The notes below the pieces were generated by a model. It was not told the origin of the DNA and did no database searches. It worked only from the letters and a program-made list of their open reading frames with translations. 64,000 bases of DNA, from NCBI GenBank assembly GCA_964642655.1, contig CAZXOY010000002.1, positions 41,866 to 105,865 of the forward strand, given 5' to 3'. Shown piece after piece: positions 63,966-64,000 of the stretch. This DNA comes from an uncultured bacterium (GTDB lineage Bacteria > Deinococcota > Deinococci > Deinococcales > Marinithermaceae). Each line of letters begins with the position of its first letter. The first letter of the stretch is position 1. The position numbers and the translations under genes were made by a program.

Positions 63966-64000
63966 ACGAGCGTCTTCTCCTCGGACTGGACATCGGCACC
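63962..64000 (+). CDS. ftsA: Cell division protein FtsA (first 13 codons only; continues past window)
   Basis: MNERLLLGLDIGT = actin-fold phosphate-1 motif; ATGA overlap with ftsQ. Confidence 0.6.
   Translation, partial: MNERLLLGLDIGT

Overview
This is a high-GC (~68%) chromosomal segment of about 60 genes, almost certainly from a Thermus-like member of Deinococcus-Thermus. Supporting points: the dodecin is a close match to the Thermus thermophilus protein, transcripts are TAGAAT/leaderless-type, and overlapping start/stop codons are frequent. Most of the window is core housekeeping, in order: 5'-truncated uvrD; ftsK; sucCD; a clpC-radA-yacL-like block; glyQS; asd; a FadR-type beta-oxidation regulon (fadN-thiolase-ACAD divergent from fadD); korAB-aroA-nrnA; tRNA-Val and RNase P RNA; and the start of the dcw cell-wall/division cluster from mraZ to ftsA. 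The most unusual content is an 11.5-kb locus at 39.8-51.4 kb. It is a tightly coupled minus-strand operon: KASIII-like thiolase-fold enzyme, acyl-CoA ligase, two alpha/beta-hydrolases, MaoC hydratase and a Liv-type ABC importer. It is transcribed divergently from a large MalT-like STAND ATPase/TPR regulator whose C-terminus is a SARP-type wHTH+BTAD module. The shared intergenic region carries SARP-style 11-bp-spaced direct repeats. Other points of interest: an internally deleted acyl-CoA synthetase pseudogene; a Fur-box-like AT-rich operator ahead of a VIT-family metal transporter; MraZ-type GTGGG repeats ahead of mraZ; and a dcw cluster that lacks murE and carries an extra lipoprotein gene. 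No CRISPR arrays, transposases or integrases were seen. Many long antisense ORFs in the six-frame track are GC-driven artefacts.
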